53,651 nt of DNA from Prorocentrum cordatum (Eukaryota). A program made the translations under genes and the position numbers. The stretch lies in assembly GCA_963575745.1 (NCBI GenBank), contig CAUYUJ010000304.1:62001-115651 (forward strand), in the 5' to 3' direction. Positions within the stretch are counted from its first letter, which is position 1. Every line of letters begins with the position of its first letter. This document shows positions 49,928 through 53,651 of this stretch, piece by piece. The notes under the pieces were generated by a model. That model was not told the origin of the DNA. It did not search any database and saw nothing but the letters and a program-made list of their open reading frames with translations.

Positions 49928-49949
49928 CTGGTGCCAAAATGGCTATGCA
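49928..49949 (-). other. Relic dinoflagellate spliced leader upstream of gene D
   Basis: Minus strand TGCATAGCCATTTTGGCACCAG matches DinoSL DCCGTAGCCATTTTGGCTCAAG at 18/22. Confidence 0.75.
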
Positions 49950-50305
49950 GCGGCGTTGCACGTTGCTCCTCATCCTCCTTGTTGCCCTCCTGTCCCACTT
50001 TTCCTCTTCCTCTCTCTTCCTTCCTCCTTCCTCCCTCCTTCTGTCTCCCTCCTTCCTCCATTCGTCGTCCTCTCTCCTTCCTCCCTCCTTTTCCCTCCCT
50101 TTTTCACTTTCTATGTGTCTTATGTTTCTATATGTCTCTCTCTCTCTCTCGCTTTCTGTGTCGCACTACCCTTTGGGCCCCTTCCGAAACATATCATCGC
50201 TCCATCGCCGCCATTATCGTCATCGCCAAACCCAGCATCACACATCACACCATCATCATCATCATCGTCATCATCATCATCGTCATCATCCTCATTATCA
50301 TAATC

Positions 50306-50336
<31 letters not shown>

Positions 50337-50346
50337 TCATCATGAA

Positions 50347-50379
<33 letters not shown>

Positions 50380-50494
50380 TCTCATCATCATCAACAACAT
50401 CAGCGTCACAAACATCATCATCATCACCAACATCGCATTGGCGTCCACCAGTCACAATCAGAGTGGCCATCATTTTGAAGGTCCCCTTGAACCC

Positions 50495-50910
50495 TCAGCG
50501 GTGGACGAACCACTGGGCGGTCTCCCCGCCCCGCGTCAGCCGCGGCTCGCGCTCGTAGCGCAAAGACCTGCGGGAATGGGCGCTTATAGGGGGGGGGGGG
50601 AAGTGGAGAAAGAGGGAGGCGTGGGCGACCCTCGAAAGCGGCCGCCCCAGCAGTGCCACACGCACTGCAGGTGGCCGTCTTCGTAGTCGAAGCGCAGCCA
50701 CTGCGCGCCATTGTCTGGCGGCAGGGGCGCCGACAGGCACCGCGCCCGCCGCCAGTGGGTCCCAGCGCCTGGCATGTCCCACTCGGCCTTGGACCACCCC
50801 GCTGGGATCCGCCAGCAACGCGGCGCCCATGGTGGGCGCTGCGCGGGGGCGGGGTCCGCCCAGAAGGCGGGCTTCGGCCCCCTGCGGTCGGTCATCCCGC
50901 CAGAGCCCAT
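50495..50910 (-). CDS. Element gene E: small Trp-rich protein (~117 aa), 2 exons
   Basis: Exons 50910-50630 and 50567-50495 join in phase across a 62-bp GT-AG intron: ...QWLRFDYEDGHLQCVWHCWGGRFRG|SLRYEREPRLTRGGETAQWFVHR*. No family recognised. Confidence 0.45.
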
Positions 50911-51482
50911 ACAGCATCGCCACCATCGTCATCAACAACATCACATTAATCATCAAAACAGTCAGGAGTAATGAGTATCTCTTCGTCGTAGTTTCATTCA
51001 TCACCGACGGCGTGAATCGTCATCCATTCCTCCTCCCTTCTCCTCTGCTTCCCTCCTCACTCTTCTCACCCCCGTTCCCTCCACCCCTCTCTTTTCCCTT
51101 CGTACACAAAGTGCGCGAAGCTACCCTGGCAAGGGATAGGCAGAAAGAAAAGGAGAGGCGCGATGCAGAAGGATGATAGGGGGAGGAGGGATGCGAAGAA
51201 GAGGAGAATGCAGAGGAGGAGGAGGAGGAAAATGACGTCTGACAATGATCTGACGTCAGATCGGTGTGGGAATGCTCAGTCTGACAATGATCTGACGTCA
51301 GATCATTGTCAGATTTCAAGTTCGGAAGCATTGTCAGATCAGAACAGGCTCGCGAACCATGCCAAACTCATACAACAACCGACCGTTACCGACCGCGACC
51401 GACCGAGACCGTTACCGATCGCGACCGCCGTTACCGGTCGCGACCGGTCGCGACCGGAGCGCGACCGTCGCGACCGGTCGCG

Positions 51483-51513
51483 CCTGGATTTTTCCAGTGA
51501 CGGATGATCTGGG
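51483..51513 (-). repeat. Right TIR of the giant element (reverse complement CCCAGATCATCCGTCACTGGAAAAATCCAGG)
   Basis: Reverse complement of 28586-28616 with 2 mismatches. Confidence 0.9.
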
Positions 51514-51719
51514 TCCTCCCACTCCGGCTCTCTCTCCTCCTGATCTTCCTCCTCCCCCTGCAGCGTGTTCCGGAAGGCTCCCGCCGGAACATGCTGTGCA
51601 CAAGTGCTGTCACTGCTCCCGCCACCGCGCCCTGGGTGGTGGGTCAGAGGCCTCATGGGTGGTGGTTTGGATCTCGTGGTTGGCCTGTCGGGGACGTCGT
51701 GAAGGCAGTTTCGCAGCTT

Positions 51720-52443
51720 CTCGGTAGCCGTTTTGGGGCCGTTGTGGGGCCTCCTCGGGGCTGTTTTGTGGCCTCTTTAGGCCTCGTTTGGGCCTCCTGG
51801 GTGCCTCTTGGGGGCCTCCTGGGGCCTCTTTGGGGCTCCTTGGGGCCTCCTGGGGCACTCTTCAAGTGGGAGGGTCGAATTTTGGAGTCGTGGTCCCCCT
51901 CTTGGGCGCATCTTGGGGCCGTCTTGGGGCTCTGTTGGGCTGTCTTGGGCGACTCTGGGGCCGTCTTGGGGCCCTCTTGGGCCCTGTCTTGGGGCGCTCT
52001 TGGGGGCCTATTGAGCCGTCTTGGAACGTCGGACAGCCGAAAAAACTGGAATACCAAAATCGTTCGAAAACCATAGTAAAGTTGACGATTTCGGCCTCTT
52101 GAAGCGCACTGGAGAGGCGTCTTGAATCGTCGTGGAATGCCTTGGGGGGCCTCTCGGGCCGTCTTGGGCCTATCTTGGGCGTCCTGGAGCGGTCGTTCGG
52201 CGACTCGGGGCCCGCTTGGGCCGTCTTGGGAGCCTCTGGAAGCCCTCCTGGGCTATTTTGGACCTCCCCGGCCGCCCCGCCCTCCCATGGGAGGTCGGAG
52301 GCAGCGGCCTCCGAGGCCCAGGACGCGGAAATCTTGTTTAAAAAACACAAAGAAAATGAGCCCCGGCCCCGCCATGGGGGGTCGGGGCACCTGTCCTGGG
52401 GCCCCCGGCCTCGCCCCCAGGGATATATATATATACACATACG

Positions 52444-52478
<35 letters not shown>

Positions 52479-52650
52479 CAAGGGATGGTAGGGGGGTGTC
52501 GTGATGGGCTCTGGCTGGCCCCAGTCGCCTGGGGGTGTGTGTTTATGAATAGGGAACAATGATAAACCCCTCCCCGAAAGGGGAGAAGGAGTGGCGGCAG
52601 AGGAAGCGCTCTCAACCACCGACGCCCAGAGGGCTGGTGGGATTATTCCA
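51720..52650 (-). repeat. Dispersed CCAAG/CTTGG-rich repeat family, an inverted relative of 3660-4330 and 8800-9590
   Basis: The terminus CCCACCAGCCCTCTGGGCG is shared between 3665-3684 (+) and ~52623-52641 (-). Confidence 0.6.
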
Positions 52651-53651
52651 GCTGCTAGAATCCATTGAACGCGCGGGCGCGTGTTTTTCCATGGCGGGCG
52701 GCGCGCGCGCACGCGGCGCGCTCTGCAAGCGCGTTCGACTAGCTGCGGAGGAGAGGGGGGGGGGGCGGCGAGCGCGCGAGGTTGCTGCGCAGTCTGAAGC
52801 ATGCAAGCGGACAGGCAAGAACGCGCGGTTCGCAGCGCTCGCTCCAACCGCGGCGCGAGGGCGCCGTCTGCGGCGGAAGTAGCCGGCGGGGTTCGGGGGC
52901 CAAACCTCGCCTCCCGACCTTCTCGGCGTGAGCGACCTTGGCGAAGCTCCCGCGAGCGCCCTGCGCCAGCTCTACCTGGCGACGCTGCCGCGCCCGACGC
53001 CAGGCGCAGCGGGTGGCGAAGGCAGGGGGCTGACTGCGCCGGGCTCCAAGACCAGGGAGAACGCGCCCACCTGCATCTTTTGCGCGTTCGCTTACCCGGC
53101 CCACGCGCGCGGGCGGCAGGCGCGCAGCCTGGCCGCGCTAAAGCAGGCGGGGCGGTGGAGATGGCTCCGCGGGCCAGACGCGGCGCTGCGGCGGTCGGTC
53201 GGTGCATGACCGCCTCGCAGTCAGCCTCGGCGGCGGCTAGTTTTCGGTTCGCGCTGGCCGAGGAGGTTTTTGCTACGGCGGCAAGGGCCGGTCAGCCACC
53301 GGGCGCTGCTCTCGCGCAGGGCACTAGAGCAGCGCTCGATGCCCGGCCGCGGAGTCGCCGCAGAAGACCGCTAGCGGCCAGCGTTAGCGGCGCGATGTTC
53401 AACGCAGAACAGTGCCCCGATGGCCGAGCTGCGCCGCGACGCATTCGCAACGCTGACCCAGAGCAGGTCAGCGACTGCGCCCGGAATTGTGCGCGGGGGC
53501 CTTCGGGGCGGAAAGGGGGAGTCGTTATTCTTGATGTCTTTGCGTGCGATGTTCGGTCGATTTGCGATCGACGCCCCTGAGTGATCGAATGTTCCCTTGA
53601 TGGACGTGCCAATGGCGAAGATGGCAACGCTCGAAGAGCACCCGGGGAACG

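Larger units (their letters stand above)
28586..51513 (-). mobile_element. Giant (~22.9 kb) CMC/CACTA-like DNA transposon carrying a transposase plus four additional genes
   Basis: Inverted termini at 28586-28616 and 51483-51513 match at 29/31 positions. Both ends share GACCGTTACC, GTCGCGAC and TCTGAC..GTCAGA subterminal repeats. A DDE transposase with CMC motifs lies inside. Flanks are CA| and |TC, so there is no perfect TSD. Confidence 0.8.

Noticed and set aside
52801..53580. GC-rich ORFs at the window end (e.g. GDAAAP as the macrodomain N-terminus)
   Set aside because: Wrong strand for the macrodomain gene, and no domain recognised.

Overview
Eukaryotic, GC-rich, microsatellite-dense genomic DNA, most likely from a dinoflagellate (inference from GC/GA intron donors and degenerate DinoSL spliced-leader relics). 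Almost all ORFs in the supplied track are artefacts of simple repeats. The main feature is a ~22.9-kb giant cut-and-paste DNA transposon (28586-51513). It has 31-bp TIRs beginning CCCAG (29/31 identical), palindromic subterminal repeats and a 3-exon ~605-aa CMC/CACTA-type DDE transposase. It also carries four further co-oriented, intron-containing genes of unknown function; two of these, and more weakly the transposase, have relic spliced leaders upstream of the ATG. To its left lie the scattered exons of a minus-strand host gene for a Poa1p/TARG1-like macrodomain protein (13494-26684), and the giant element may sit in one of its introns. The rest is nested MITEs (TA-TSD and 5-bp-TSD families), a Helentron-like element carrying a zinc-finger-repeat fragment, minisatellites and microsatellites. 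No rRNA, tRNA or CRISPR array was recognised. All gene models were assembled by eye and need RNA-seq confirmation.
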